Below are positions 9,285 to 19,840 of a DNA stretch of 64,000 nt, one piece after another. Numbering within the stretch: position 1 is the first letter of the stretch; each line of letters begins with the position of its first letter. Location: positions 62,001 to 126,000 of IMG/VR virus record IMGVR_UViG_3300025161_000004; one strand, given 5' to 3'. The notes beneath the pieces are model-generated. The model saw only the letters and a list, made by a program, of their open reading frames with translations. It was not told the DNA's origin and did not search any database. The translations under genes were made by a program, and so were the position numbers.

Positions 9285-12284
9285 TTATGTTGTATTGATA
9301 ATATTTAATAAATCATTTTTATTATTTTTTACTTTATCAGAATATACTGAAATTAACATACTTTTTAATGCATCACCTAACTTTTTACCTGACATACCCA
9401 TGTTTAAAAGATCATTACCTGTAATAACTAAATCTTTATAACTTTTTGGATATTTACCAGTTTTTAATTCTTCTGTTGCCATTAATAATTTCTTAGGGAG
9501 AATTTTGCTGTTAAGTGACGCAGGATATATTGTGTACATATTATGAGCGACAATCCTATTTTTAATTGGATTATTTGTTACATTATTAAATCCTGTCTGT
9601 AATGCAAGGATTTCCTTATATGTTGATATATCACCCTTTAAAATATTTTTATAAAACTCTGCTGGATTTTCTTGAACTGGTGATGCTAATAGATAAATAT
9701 ATTCACCCATAGTTTTAACTTCATTCCATGCATTCAAATCCCAATGATCTTCAAAACCTTCAGGAGATTTTGCACCAAATATTTGTTCATATAATCCAGT
9801 TTCTCTTAATAGATCAGCACCATACAACACATCACCCTTTTTTACTATCTTATCAAGTTCAGTTAATATTCTTTCTGCTGGTATTTCTTTTATCCTATGA
9901 GCATTTTGTTTTATTAATTCCATTGTTTTTTCTTCGATCATAAATCCTTCAAATCTTGCTGCGAATTGTACTGCTCTAAGCATACGAAGCGGATCATCTG
10001 AAAATGCCTTTGGATTAACCACTCTAATGATTTTATTTTTTAAATCTTCTTGTCCACCATATGGATCAACAATATCACCAGAAGCACTTTTAGCGATTGC
10101 ATTAATAGTAAAATCTCTTCTCTCTAAATCTTTTTCTATTGGCAATGAATGATCTGAGGCTATTTCAAATCCTTTATGTCCACCCTTACCAGTCGCTCTT
10201 TCTGTTCTTGGAATTGCGATATCGATCTCTTCTGATGAACCTTCTGGTTTAAATTTTAGTATACCAAATGATTTACCAACAGCATTAACTCTACCGTATT
10301 TCGATAATAATTTTTCTAAATTTTCTAATGATATACCAGTAATTAATACATCAAGGTCTTTAGAATCTTTACCTAAAAACTCATCTCTAACTGCACCACC
10401 AACAGAATATAACTTACCACCAAGATTTTCAATTTCTTGCTTAAATGGTAAATCATTTATGTCATTAATACTTATTGCTTCATTTATATTATTGCTATTT
10501 GGGGCAACATAATGATCATAATACATTTCTAGTTGTCTTTCATTATAAAAGTAGCGCACATTCTCAGGCTTATAGTTTACCATTTCACGACCTTTAATTA
10601 TTACTCCGTCATAACCAAGTTTCATCATTTTTTCTGAAATAGAATTAACATCTCTACTATCAGGATATGTCTTACCTTTTGCTTTAGATATTGGAAATAC
10701 TATGTTATTTTGAAACCAAATTTCCCAATCATTTAATGTATTAAATACTTTAGGATTTTTTGGTTTGGCGTTCACTAACATAACAAGTTTACCATATTTT
10801 CTTGCCATACTTTTATTTGATGCTGGCACACTATATAATCCTCTACCAAGTATTGCCATTCCATTATTCTCACCGTTAACTGCATTATCTGAGATACCTC
10901 TATATGTTACGTTCTCTCTTTTCCATTTCTTATATTCTAAATCACTATTTTCTCTTATAGGTCTCAATTTTAAATTTGAAATATCTCCTTGATTACATGC
11001 ATCACTTGTACCATCTGATTTACCTGCTAATTTACAATTTCTTTTAACTTCTACAGACGTACTATTTGGCATATATGTCATTTTTCTTTCGAATACAGGT
11101 TCTGAATCTTTCAGATACATTCGCATTTCTCTAATAACATATTCTTTAATTTTAGAGTAGTATGATTTATATACATTATCATCTAAACCATAATCAATTA
11201 ATATTACGGCAGGTTTTCCATTCCTTATTGATATACCATACGACGATCTAGCAACTAAATCACCTACAGGCATATCAGCATCATCCATTAATTGTTTTAT
11301 AACTTTAGCAAATGAATTTGGAGACTTACTATTTTGAAATGCTTCGTATTCTTCAGGTGTTACTGCTTGTTTCCATTCTTGATTGTATTTTTCACTAGTT
11401 AAAAATACACCAAAAGTTCTAAAACTATAACCTTCAATTTCTTTAAATTTTTCTTCACTAATTTTTGAAGCATATTCGGATATTATCCAAATAAAATCAG
11501 GATCAAAATCAAACACTTGAGCCACTGCATCTGCATAGTATTTATCAGTACCAATTTCGGCTTCTAAAAAATTTTGACCTAAACCCTTACTATTTTTTGC
11601 TAATTTTATAACCTTTTTATTATCAATTTTGAAAACAATTCTACTACTACCTTCACCCAATAATTTCAACTTATTTTTTAAATAAAAAATTTTACCCTTG
11701 TATGTTTTTATTTTTTTTAAATCTTCAACACTAAATGGTTTATCCGCTATTTTATTTTCATTTTCAACAACACCATCAGTTGACATATATAAAGATGAAC
11801 CATTTTCATTAATACCTAAACTATTCAAATAATTTTTTAACATCATTAACTTTTCATAAAACATTGGTTCGTTATTAGATAATGCAATAGCTTTTTTTAT
11901 ATTATGTTTGATAATAGAATAATGCTTATATAAAACATCTTTACTAAATTCAGCATAGTCTGATATAGATTCAATAAATGAAACACTTTTTTTTATCTGA
12001 CTAAGATTAACACCCTTTATTAAATTTTCTGTTACTTTTAAAGGTTCGATTGCCCATAAATCATGATCATCGGATGGTGGTTCTATATTTCGAAGCTGAT
12101 CTTCTTTATTCATATCACGTAATTCGTCTGTCGGTGCTACACTATTGTAGTAGTCTGATGAATCTAATAAATTCTCCAACGACAGTTCAGTAGCTTCATT
12201 AATATCATTATTTTTTTCTAATTCGATTTCTATACCTTTCAATAGGATTTCTTTAGGGGTTTGTTTTGTGCTTTTTTGTAACAT
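9285..12284 (-). CDS. Multidomain protein: kinase-like domain, ART-like domain and C-terminal class II CCA-adding (tRNA nucleotidyltransferase) domain
   Basis: Kinase-like 'LGEGSSRIVF..VIKLA..N..E...GDL...LIDYG'; ART-like 'YRG...GRGLYS...GYDGVII'; nucleotidyltransferase 'VGGAVRD....KDLDV', 'DLERRDFTINA', 'DDPLRMLRAVQFAARF', 'ERI'. Confidence 0.85.
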   Translation of the reverse strand: MLQKSTKQTPKEILLKGIEIELEKNNDINEATELSLENLLDSSDYYNSVAPTDELRDMNKEDQLRNIEPPSDDHDLWAIEPLKVTENLIKGVNLSQIKKSVSFIESISDYAEFSKDVLYKHYSIIKHNIKKAIALSNNEPMFYEKLMMLKNYLNSLGINENGSSLYMSTDGVVENENKIADKPFSVEDLKKIKTYKGKIFYLKNKLKLLGEGSSRIVFKIDNKKVIKLAKNSKGLGQNFLEAEIGTDKYYADAVAQVFDFDPDFIWIISEYASKISEEKFKEIEGYSFRTFGVFLTSEKYNQEWKQAVTPEEYEAFQNSKSPNSFAKVIKQLMDDADMPVGDLVARSSYGISIRNGKPAVILIDYGLDDNVYKSYYSKIKEYVIREMRMYLKDSEPVFERKMTYMPNSTSVEVKRNCKLAGKSDGTSDACNQGDISNLKLRPIRENSDLEYKKWKRENVTYRGISDNAVNGENNGMAILGRGLYSVPASNKSMARKYGKLVMLVNAKPKNPKVFNTLNDWEIWFQNNIVFPISKAKGKTYPDSRDVNSISEKMMKLGYDGVIIKGREMVNYKPENVRYFYNERQLEMYYDHYVAPNSNNINEAISINDINDLPFKQEIENLGGKLYSVGGAVRDEFLGKDSKDLDVLITGISLENLEKLLSKYGRVNAVGKSFGILKFKPEGSSEEIDIAIPRTERATGKGGHKGFEIASDHSLPIEKDLERRDFTINAIAKSASGDIVDPYGGQEDLKNKIIRVVNPKAFSDDPLRMLRAVQFAARFEGFMIEEKTMELIKQNAHRIKEIPAERILTELDKIVKKGDVLYGADLLRETGLYEQIFGAKSPEGFEDHWDLNAWNEVKTMGEYIYLLASPVQENPAEFYKNILKGDISTYKEILALQTGFNNVTNNPIKNRIVAHNMYTIYPASLNSKILPKKLLMATEELKTGKYPKSYKDLVITGNDLLNMGMSGKKLGDALKSMLISVYSDKVKNNKNDLLNIINTT

Positions 12285-12300
12285 AATTTAATCTTTTTTT

Positions 12301-12334
12301 AAAAAAAAAGCTCACAGCATTAACCATGAGCTTT
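12301..12334 (-). terminator. Terminator-like hairpin
   Basis: AAAGCTCA-N12-TGAGCTTTTTTTTT. Confidence 0.55.
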
Positions 12335-12357
12335 AACTGCTATAGATAAATACTAAA

Positions 12358-13089
12358 TTAAGCACCTTTTCTTTTTTTTCTTTCTTGTAATTCTTTAATT
12401 GTTTTCAAAACACCCTCTCTAATCATACCATCAATATCCAATTCCAACAAAACTGCCTTCACTCGTTCTTTTGAATAAATTTCAATTATAGTATTTTTTA
12501 TTGCATTTTCAAGAATCACACCCACATTTTCATTTATATATTTGTTAAATATTCTATCAATCTCTTCATTAATATATTTCGTACTAATTTGACCGATTAT
12601 TGATTGTGAATTATCTGTGGTAGGTTGTTTTACTTGTTGTTTACCATAATATTGTTCAACTAAGTGACTAACATCCGATACACCATTTTGAAATTTTTTA
12701 ACAAGATCTTTGCTTTGCTGTTCCATTTTTCTAGACATTAATTCCTCTCTATCCACTTCAATCGATTCAGAAACATTTCTTGATTCGTATCCACGATTAA
12801 CAGATGTATCGTTAATTAATGAATATATATTTTCAGAGGAAAAATCTATTGTGTTTTTTTTCTTGATTCCAGTAGGTTTTTTTTCCTCTGCCAATTGTTC
12901 TACAATTTGCATTTTTTTAACCGCATTATTTGGTTTTCCTGTATTAAGTGATGTTATTAAATCTCTTAAAAACATATCACCACTTTTTGGAACTGTAATT
13001 TGTGTATCATTAGAATTGATGACTTGTGACTGACTTTTCCTTTTATCAATCTCTTCACGTATTTTTTTTATATCAAATCCTTTACTCAT
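12358..13089 (-). CDS. Hypothetical protein (243 aa)
   Basis: ORF preceded by a GTATTTATA motif at 13114-13123. Confidence 0.7.
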   Translation of the reverse strand: MSKGFDIKKIREEIDKRKSQSQVINSNDTQITVPKSGDMFLRDLITSLNTGKPNNAVKKMQIVEQLAEEKKPTGIKKKNTIDFSSENIYSLINDTSVNRGYESRNVSESIEVDREELMSRKMEQQSKDLVKKFQNGVSDVSHLVEQYYGKQQVKQPTTDNSQSIIGQISTKYINEEIDRIFNKYINENVGVILENAIKNTIIEIYSKERVKAVLLELDIDGMIREGVLKTIKELQERKKRKGA

Positions 13090-13145
13090 GAGTTATAAAA
13101 TTTTACTATTTTTTATAAATACTATAAAATATCTGAAAAGTCAGA

Positions 13146-13949
13146 TTATTGTTTTATTTTACTCCTAAACTTTTCTTTTTGTCTATTAAAAAAAGCTCTT
13201 ATTTCCGCATTGGTTTCTTTTTCGGTCTCCTTTTGAAATAATTCTTGTAAATTACCTAAATCCTCAAAATTACCATATTTAACTTTATTCTTTATTTCGT
13301 CGATAAAATAACTACCATCCTTTTTACCTACAAAGTAGTTTTTCGGACTTTTTTTATGGCTATGCTTTAAAATATTAAAGCGAGTAACTATAAAATCATG
13401 AAAATTAATTTCATCTTCTTGAGCACTATAAAATGACTTATATTTATTAATCTGTTTATTAGGTGCGGATTTATCAATTATAGTTGTATTCGGTTTCTCA
13501 ATTGAATCCATCCCCTCAATATTACTTTCCCTATCATTATTATCTACGGCAGCATAAATGGTTACCATTTGAGAATCATTTTCATTATAGTCAGGTCTAA
13601 TTTTACGAAATACTTTTGAGGTATTGATAATCGAAGTAATACCATCTAATCTGAATAATCTCCATCCCGGTTTCTCTGTTGGTTTACCTCTCAATCCTTC
13701 ATAAGAATCAGATACACCATGTTGTTGCCATGCTCTTAATACAGGATTTCCTGCAGTAGATACACCAACAGAAAAGGGTTCTATTGTTCTCCAGCCTCTA
13801 TGGATTGTTTTATCACCTGCATAGTAGATATACAGAATTTCTTTATCCTTAACAGCTTTAATAATAGGAGTCTTATCTATTGCCTCATTAATTGGAAATA
13901 GTCTAAACTTCTTTATATTATCAAAAAGGATTTTAAATTCATTATTCAT
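13146..13949 (-). CDS. WYL-domain protein
   Basis: 'IYY.G......GWRTIEPF..G.......LRAWQ......WRLFRLDGI' WYL signature; no HTH seen. Confidence 0.75.
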   Translation of the reverse strand: MNNEFKILFDNIKKFRLFPINEAIDKTPIIKAVKDKEILYIYYAGDKTIHRGWRTIEPFSVGVSTAGNPVLRAWQQHGVSDSYEGLRGKPTEKPGWRLFRLDGITSIINTSKVFRKIRPDYNENDSQMVTIYAAVDNNDRESNIEGMDSIEKPNTTIIDKSAPNKQINKYKSFYSAQEDEINFHDFIVTRFNILKHSHKKSPKNYFVGKKDGSYFIDEIKNKVKYGNFEDLGNLQELFQKETEKETNAEIRAFFNRQKEKFRSKIKQ

Positions 13950-14188
13950 TATGCAGATGCACTATCATATGGTTTATTGGGTGAAAATTTATTTTTCGCT
14001 AGTAATTTTTCCCTTACTTGTATATCTATTGCTGAACCAATACTTCCATTATTTTCACCCTTCCCCTTATTATCGCCATCAGATAATGCGTTAGGATGTG
14101 ATATACTATAATCATTATTTATCGAATACGTGTTTTTTGCAAGATTTTTATCTCTAAATTCCTTGCTTACCCTTTCAAGTCTACTCAT
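13949..14188 (-). CDS. Hypothetical protein (79 aa) with an internal repeat
   Basis: Likely start is MSRLERV at 14188, downstream of a GTATTTATA motif at 14221-14230; 'R.K.LAKN.(Y/F)S.N..Y' occurs twice. Confidence 0.7.
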   Translation of the reverse strand: MSRLERVSKEFRDKNLAKNTYSINNDYSISHPNALSDGDNKGKGENNGSIGSAIDIQVREKLLAKNKFSPNKPYDSASA

Positions 14189-14228
14189 CACTATATTTTT
14201 TTTATATAAAATTATTTTTTTATAAATA

Positions 14229-15107
14229 CTATACATTTAATTTTGTTAAGGCGTTGCTTACATAAAGCACTAAATTTGGCACAGTATCAATATATTCCAT
14301 TTCAGGAATACTATACCAACCATAAGCAGTATTCTCATTATTTAATTGAATATCATATAAATCACCATTATAAAATGCTGTAAAAACATGTAATTTTGAA
14401 TTAGGTAAATCAACCACAAACGATTTATTGAAATTATCTAATTCAAGTCCTGTTTCTTCCCAAACCTCTCTTTTTATTGCATCTTCTGGTTTTTCACCAT
14501 CTTCGACACCACCACCAACTAAAGCCCATTTATCTGGCATCCATTGGTCTTTTTCTGGTGATCTTTTAGCCAGCAAAACATTACCATCAGTATTATAAAT
14601 GACAGCAATAACATTATGCTTTATTCCCTTAGTTATTTCTCCAATAAATCCATCAACTTCCTCATTTATTCTATAATCTACAATATCAGCAATAAAATGA
14701 TTTTCAGATTTATAATCCTCGGTCATTTTTAAACTCAAATCCACAATACCTGATTGTGCACCTAAAGTATGGATACCAGTAGTTTTTTTTACATCAACTC
14801 CTTGTCTGTTTTTTGATGATAATTCAGTTCTTTTTCTCTCATTACTTAATGTTCTTTCAACCCATATTTTCATATCATCACCACCAGATAATTCATATTG
14901 TTCAGGTGTATTTTTTTTACTATTATAATGGTCGAAAAAATTCTTTAAACCCTTTAACATTTGATATGTACAATAACCATTTTTAACTAAGAATTTAGCT
15001 CTTTTAATCCCATCAGAATTATCATCTGCATTATAAATTAACACATTTAGCTTTTTAATGATTGAATGTGGTACTTTATATTTTTTATTGTAAAGTTGTG
15101 AGTTCAT
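14229..15107 (-). CDS. NUDIX hydrolase with an N-terminal domain of unknown function
   Basis: Nudix box 'GGGVEDGEKPEDAIKREVWEETGL'. Confidence 0.85.
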   Translation of the reverse strand: MNSQLYNKKYKVPHSIIKKLNVLIYNADDNSDGIKRAKFLVKNGYCTYQMLKGLKNFFDHYNSKKNTPEQYELSGGDDMKIWVERTLSNERKRTELSSKNRQGVDVKKTTGIHTLGAQSGIVDLSLKMTEDYKSENHFIADIVDYRINEEVDGFIGEITKGIKHNVIAVIYNTDGNVLLAKRSPEKDQWMPDKWALVGGGVEDGEKPEDAIKREVWEETGLELDNFNKSFVVDLPNSKLHVFTAFYNGDLYDIQLNNENTAYGWYSIPEMEYIDTVPNLVLYVSNALTKLNV

Positions 15108-15709
15108 TACTTCTTCTTATATTCGAGTAAATTCATTAATTTATCTAATTCGTTTTTAGGTAGTTTATTAAGTAATTCAGCCACCCTTTTCAATTTCAAA
15201 TCGTCTTGTTCCTTCTTTTTTATAACCGATTTGTCTTCAGTTTCCTTTGTAATAATATCTTCTTTAATTTGAATTTCATCAAGTTTTTTATTTTTTGAAT
15301 CGAAAGCACTTTCAATATGTGGTTTTATTACCCTCATAACCTCATACGCAAATTCAAAATCACTATCTTCTGGTTTCGATTCTTTAGAGTTAAATTTCTC
15401 TAAATCCATTTTAAGTTTTTCAGGTTTACCATTATAATATTTTAATAATTTACCATATTTCCTATATGCAATTTCTGCAATATCTTTAATTACTTGAGGC
15501 GTTTCATGATTAGAATCCTCATAATAATAAAATCCGAACCTACCTAAAAAATCATTTTTAAAATTCTGTGCATGCATACCAACATTTTGATCTGTTGTAC
15601 CATGAGCATCACTATCCATATTATTATCTACTTTAGGTATCGAATTATTACCAATAATATTACCGTCTTTATCTAAAATCTCTTCAATTTGCCTTTTCTT
15701 TATTTTCAT
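15107..15709 (-). CDS. Hypothetical protein (200 aa)
   Basis: ORF preceded by a GTATTTATA motif at 15727-15736. Confidence 0.7.
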   Translation of the reverse strand: MKIKKRQIEEILDKDGNIIGNNSIPKVDNNMDSDAHGTTDQNVGMHAQNFKNDFLGRFGFYYYEDSNHETPQVIKDIAEIAYRKYGKLLKYYNGKPEKLKMDLEKFNSKESKPEDSDFEFAYEVMRVIKPHIESAFDSKNKKLDEIQIKEDIITKETEDKSVIKKKEQDDLKLKRVAELLNKLPKNELDKLMNLLEYKKK

Positions 15710-15764
15710 AATTTTATTGACTTTTTTATAAATACTCCTCTATTATGAGATAGCCATATAAATA

Positions 15765-15792
15765 AAAAACTTTGGTATTACCCAAAGTTTTT
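15765..15792 (-). terminator. Intrinsic terminator after DNA polymerase
   Basis: AAAAACTTTGG-GTAATA-CCAAAGTTTTTT. Confidence 0.7.
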
Positions 15793-15817
15793 AAAAAAAT
15801 TAAAAAATATATATTTA

Positions 15818-18800
15818 TCAAGAAAAATCCTCAACATAGTCATCATATTCTATATCCTCAGATTCTAAATCACCCTCAAATGAGATACTCTTATTAATCT
15901 TATCCTTATTATTTGCTTTTTTGATTAATACTTCTTCCCTAATCCTTTCTTCTCTCATTTTTAACTCAATATCAGTTAATGGTACATTGAATTCTTCCAT
16001 CACTATTTCTATGTACTCGCCATTAAACTTACCCAAAGAGTATGACTCATAATTTTTTATTAATACAGCATCACCTTTATTTAGTTTATCATTCACACTT
16101 TTAACTGGAACATGCTTATTCATTTTTTTAGATAATAGCTCACTCACATATTTAATTGCGTTATCATAAAATGGTAGTACTAATACCTGATCTTCTGGAA
16201 TCTTAAATCCATCCCATATTTTAAATGGATTATAACCCGTTTTATTCCAAAATTTAATCTCTGATTTTTCAAGATACATTGATTCATCAAAATCATCATG
16301 ATCATAATTACGTAATTCTGATTGTTCTTTAGTAAAATAATTTCTTTTATCTGGTGATTTAACTATTAAATTATTTTTCACTTCTTCACTAAATCCCTCA
16401 AGTAATGTTTTAACACGCTTATTAAACGCACTGATATATCTTGCCACATTATATTCACCAGTCATTTCAGGATTCTCCTCTAATACTTTAGAACTGATTA
16501 ATCTTGAAGCCATATATGTTTCACCTGTCTTCTTATCTGTAATAATACAGCTATCACCGTGAGATTGCAGTTTACCAATATTAACAAGATAAATGATGCT
16601 ATCTAATTCTGGTTCAGGCTGTAAATATTCTCTCGACAACTCTAACACATATAAAGCTCTAAAATTTTCATTATTATTTATTTTCTCATTAAAGAGAATA
16701 ACTTCATTCTCTTCCATTTTATTCTCTATAAATCTACGAACCTCAATTAAATCATTATCATTAAAAGTGATTTTGCTGATGTCATCATATGGTGGTTCTG
16801 TTCGATATTTTTCTAAATAGATTTCTCTAAATTTCTGATTATGCATTTTATTTCTTTCCGCAATAATCAATTCCATATGAGCCTTCTTGGCTTTTAATCT
16901 ACCATTCTTATCTGTACCTCTATTCAAATATTCTTTGATAGTTTCCTTATATTTTTTCTTAGTAGCAATCTTCTTTAATGGAATTCTCTTGTAATAGATA
17001 TCTGTTAAATAATCATAGTAATACTCAATAAACTCAGCACCCTTGCCCTCAAGAATTAGTCTCAAACCTTTATCAACAAATTCTTCAATATATTCAGGCA
17101 TAACTTTAGATTTAATAGTATTACCTGTTAATTTAATCTTCTTTTTAGGTATCAAAACATTTCCATTATTAGAATCAGGTATCATGACAACTTCACCAGT
17201 TTTCTTATCTATCTCGGTATACATTAATGCATAGTTAATTCTTGAGATATTCAAGCACGATTCATACTTACCGTCATTATCAATACTCATGAAAGGTGAT
17301 TTCAATTCTTCAGTATTAAATTTATGAATTAATGCTGCAATACCTTTATTACCACCATAAATCCAAACCTCGTCAATTGGTTTAGGTTCGGGTATAGGAT
17401 TACCATTAATGTCAATTGTGGTCAAATCATCAAATGAGAAGTTAACACCATCAGTAACTGCGAGTAATGGTATACAACCATATTTTTTAAACCAACTAAT
17501 CATTCGTCTCAAATATAAACGACCAGTACATGTAATGCGAGCAGCACATACCGAATCAGACCAGTTAAATGCAACACCTGAACCCAACGCACCAAATAAT
17601 GAGTTATTAATAATTTTAATAGGTAGTTGTTTTACATCAAAAAGATTCATTTCCTCGTCAGTAAACTTTTCGCCAAATTTTAATTTATTATAAACCTTAT
17701 TATCTATTGTTTGAAGTAATTCGATTTCTTCTTCATTTAAGGTTTTATTTTTTGCTAACTTTTTATAAATATTTCGTGTTGTCGTCATGTACGTCAACAT
17801 TTTCTTAATTACGTTAGTTATATCAAAAATTGGAAATACGTCTTCGCTCAACTGTATCATAGGATACAATGACCCAAAATCTAATTTCACAACATTTTTA
17901 CTATAACCCCTTTTATAACAACGTACAAGACCACCAGAAAATTTTTCTTCGGATTTATCATGTTCAGGTATTGCCAAACCATTCTCATAACTCCATGCAG
18001 TCATAAGAATATTCCACACTGATGCATTACCCATTGTAGCCGTTCTTTGATATGTTGTCGGAACTATTTTGGCAAGCAAAAACGAACTTTGATTATATAA
18101 ATTATCTATTTGCTCAGTTTCCCACAAGTCATCAAGAAGATATCGTCTTACAATCTTTTTACCCGTAGTAAAAATATAATCACCAATAGTTTCCTTTTTA
18201 TTTCTTAACCAAGAAACAAATTCTTTTTCTGGTATTAAAATTTCATTCCTCAATCTTTTATAGTCGTCTTCACTAATATTTTTTTTCTTTAATTGTAGTA
18301 AATAAAGTTTTGCCGATAATTGCTGCCATTGATCAGGTATAACTTCATATACGTTATTTTTTGGATTAATAATATAAACCTTATTTTCTATCCACATCTT
18401 ACCGATCGTACCATCTGAACCGTTGATGTACATACGATCTGGTTTTGCAATCTTTTCAAATTTAGCGATATACTTAAGTTTGGTGCTCTTTATTTCACTA
18501 TTGACTGCTGCGGTTCTTTTAACCGCATGTAGAGTATCTATAATAGTATACCCCCATGCAACAGTTGCAGTATATCTTTCACCAGAATTTCCAATTTTTA
18601 CAGAAGCATTTTCTCTACGATAAATTTTTTTATCTGCCTTATAACATGTATGTAATTTATCTAAATTTAAACCTAATTCATTTGCTCTACCAATAATATA
18701 CTCCATGTCAAAACCCTCAATATTGTGTCCAACAATAACAGCAGGTTTTAACAATTGAATTGTGTTAAAAAAATCAATTATTAGTTTTGCCTCTTCCTCA

Positions 18801-19480
18801 TCATCATTTATTTTTTTTACTTCGAGAATTGCTTCAAAACCTCTATTATCTCTAATACCTATTTGAATAATTCTACCTGTTTTATATCGAAGCGTTGTTG
18901 TTTCAATATCAATTGTCATTCGGTGTAAATCACTGTAATTATCAATACCCTTAAATAAACGAACCGAATGATGTATTAAAAATTGCTCTTCTGGTTTTAG
19001 ACTAAAAAATATATCTTTATACTTTAAAGAATAACTACCATTATTAATCTTTTCATTTAGATTTAAACCACCATCAGCAAAAAACTTATATATAGCATTT
19101 AATGAAATTGTGCTGGTAACCATATATGAAAATCCTTCTTTTAATCTTCTATGATTCCCAGTCCTAAGTTTAATAATTTCAATACCATTTCTTATTTTAT
19201 TAATATTAAATAAGTCTTCATTACCACCATATAAATTTATGTTTAAGGCTTTTAAATCCTTAATATATATAAATGGTCTATACTCAATATACTCCAATTC
19301 TGGTTTTTTATTAGGTCTATGAAAAATACATGCCATCTTATTACTATCGGGATTTCCTTCGATATTAACAAGATAACGCATATCATGCTCAACACCATCA
19401 CTGGTAACTATTTTATCGTTTCTACCTTCAAGAAATTGTTGTATTTCTTTAATTACTTGAATTGTGTTTTTTTCCGACAT
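15818..19480 (-). CDS. Family B DNA polymerase (T4 gp43-like), 1220 aa
   Basis: ExoI 'DIETT', ExoII 'GHNIEGFD', ExoIII 'YLLDD'; motif A 'LDFGSLYP', motif B 'KIINNSLFG', atypical motif C 'AVTDG'. Confidence 0.9.
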   Translation of the reverse strand: MSEKNTIQVIKEIQQFLEGRNDKIVTSDGVEHDMRYLVNIEGNPDSNKMACIFHRPNKKPELEYIEYRPFIYIKDLKALNINLYGGNEDLFNINKIRNGIEIIKLRTGNHRRLKEGFSYMVTSTISLNAIYKFFADGGLNLNEKINNGSYSLKYKDIFFSLKPEEQFLIHHSVRLFKGIDNYSDLHRMTIDIETTTLRYKTGRIIQIGIRDNRGFEAILEVKKINDDEEEAKLIIDFFNTIQLLKPAVIVGHNIEGFDMEYIIGRANELGLNLDKLHTCYKADKKIYRRENASVKIGNSGERYTATVAWGYTIIDTLHAVKRTAAVNSEIKSTKLKYIAKFEKIAKPDRMYINGSDGTIGKMWIENKVYIINPKNNVYEVIPDQWQQLSAKLYLLQLKKKNISEDDYKRLRNEILIPEKEFVSWLRNKKETIGDYIFTTGKKIVRRYLLDDLWETEQIDNLYNQSSFLLAKIVPTTYQRTATMGNASVWNILMTAWSYENGLAIPEHDKSEEKFSGGLVRCYKRGYSKNVVKLDFGSLYPMIQLSEDVFPIFDITNVIKKMLTYMTTTRNIYKKLAKNKTLNEEEIELLQTIDNKVYNKLKFGEKFTDEEMNLFDVKQLPIKIINNSLFGALGSGVAFNWSDSVCAARITCTGRLYLRRMISWFKKYGCIPLLAVTDGVNFSFDDLTTIDINGNPIPEPKPIDEVWIYGGNKGIAALIHKFNTEELKSPFMSIDNDGKYESCLNISRINYALMYTEIDKKTGEVVMIPDSNNGNVLIPKKKIKLTGNTIKSKVMPEYIEEFVDKGLRLILEGKGAEFIEYYYDYLTDIYYKRIPLKKIATKKKYKETIKEYLNRGTDKNGRLKAKKAHMELIIAERNKMHNQKFREIYLEKYRTEPPYDDISKITFNDNDLIEVRRFIENKMEENEVILFNEKINNNENFRALYVLELSREYLQPEPELDSIIYLVNIGKLQSHGDSCIITDKKTGETYMASRLISSKVLEENPEMTGEYNVARYISAFNKRVKTLLEGFSEEVKNNLIVKSPDKRNYFTKEQSELRNYDHDDFDESMYLEKSEIKFWNKTGYNPFKIWDGFKIPEDQVLVLPFYDNAIKYVSELLSKKMNKHVPVKSVNDKLNKGDAVLIKNYESYSLGKFNGEYIEIVMEEFNVPLTDIELKMREERIREEVLIKKANNKDKINKSISFEGDLESEDIEYDDYVEDFS

Positions 19481-19486
19481 AAAAAT

Positions 19487-19840
19487 TTAATTACGTACGA
19501 TTGTTAATTTCTTATTTTTGGGATTGTAAATATAATCAATATTGTTATGTTTATATGTTAAACTATCTTTTAATTGATTAGGATATTTAGGATATACACC
19601 AATTAACCAAAGACTCGTTATTAAATTATTACCTCTTATTGTTAAACAATCACCACTTTTATCAAACTTAATGTCAACATTAAAAAGTAAATAATCATCA
19701 TCAGATGAAACTTTATCATATAGAAATTGATAACATTTTATTAATAATTGTTCTTGTACAGATGGTTTCTCCATATCAAGAAGTAAATATTCAACAAATA
19801 TATCACTCAAACTATTATAAACTTTTGGTTTATCGAACAT
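19487..19840 (-). CDS. Hypothetical protein (117 aa)
   Basis: Overlaps the helicase stop; lies between helicase and polymerase. Confidence 0.7.
   Translation of the reverse strand: MFDKPKVYNSLSDIFVEYLLLDMEKPSVQEQLLIKCYQFLYDKVSSDDDYLLFNVDIKFDKSGDCLTIRGNNLITSLWLIGVYPKYPNQLKDSLTYKHNNIDYIYNPKNKKLTIVRN

Noticed and set aside
15818-19480. Intein in the long DNA polymerase
   Set aside because: No Cys/Ser-start HINT block or His-Asn terminus was found in the insertions.
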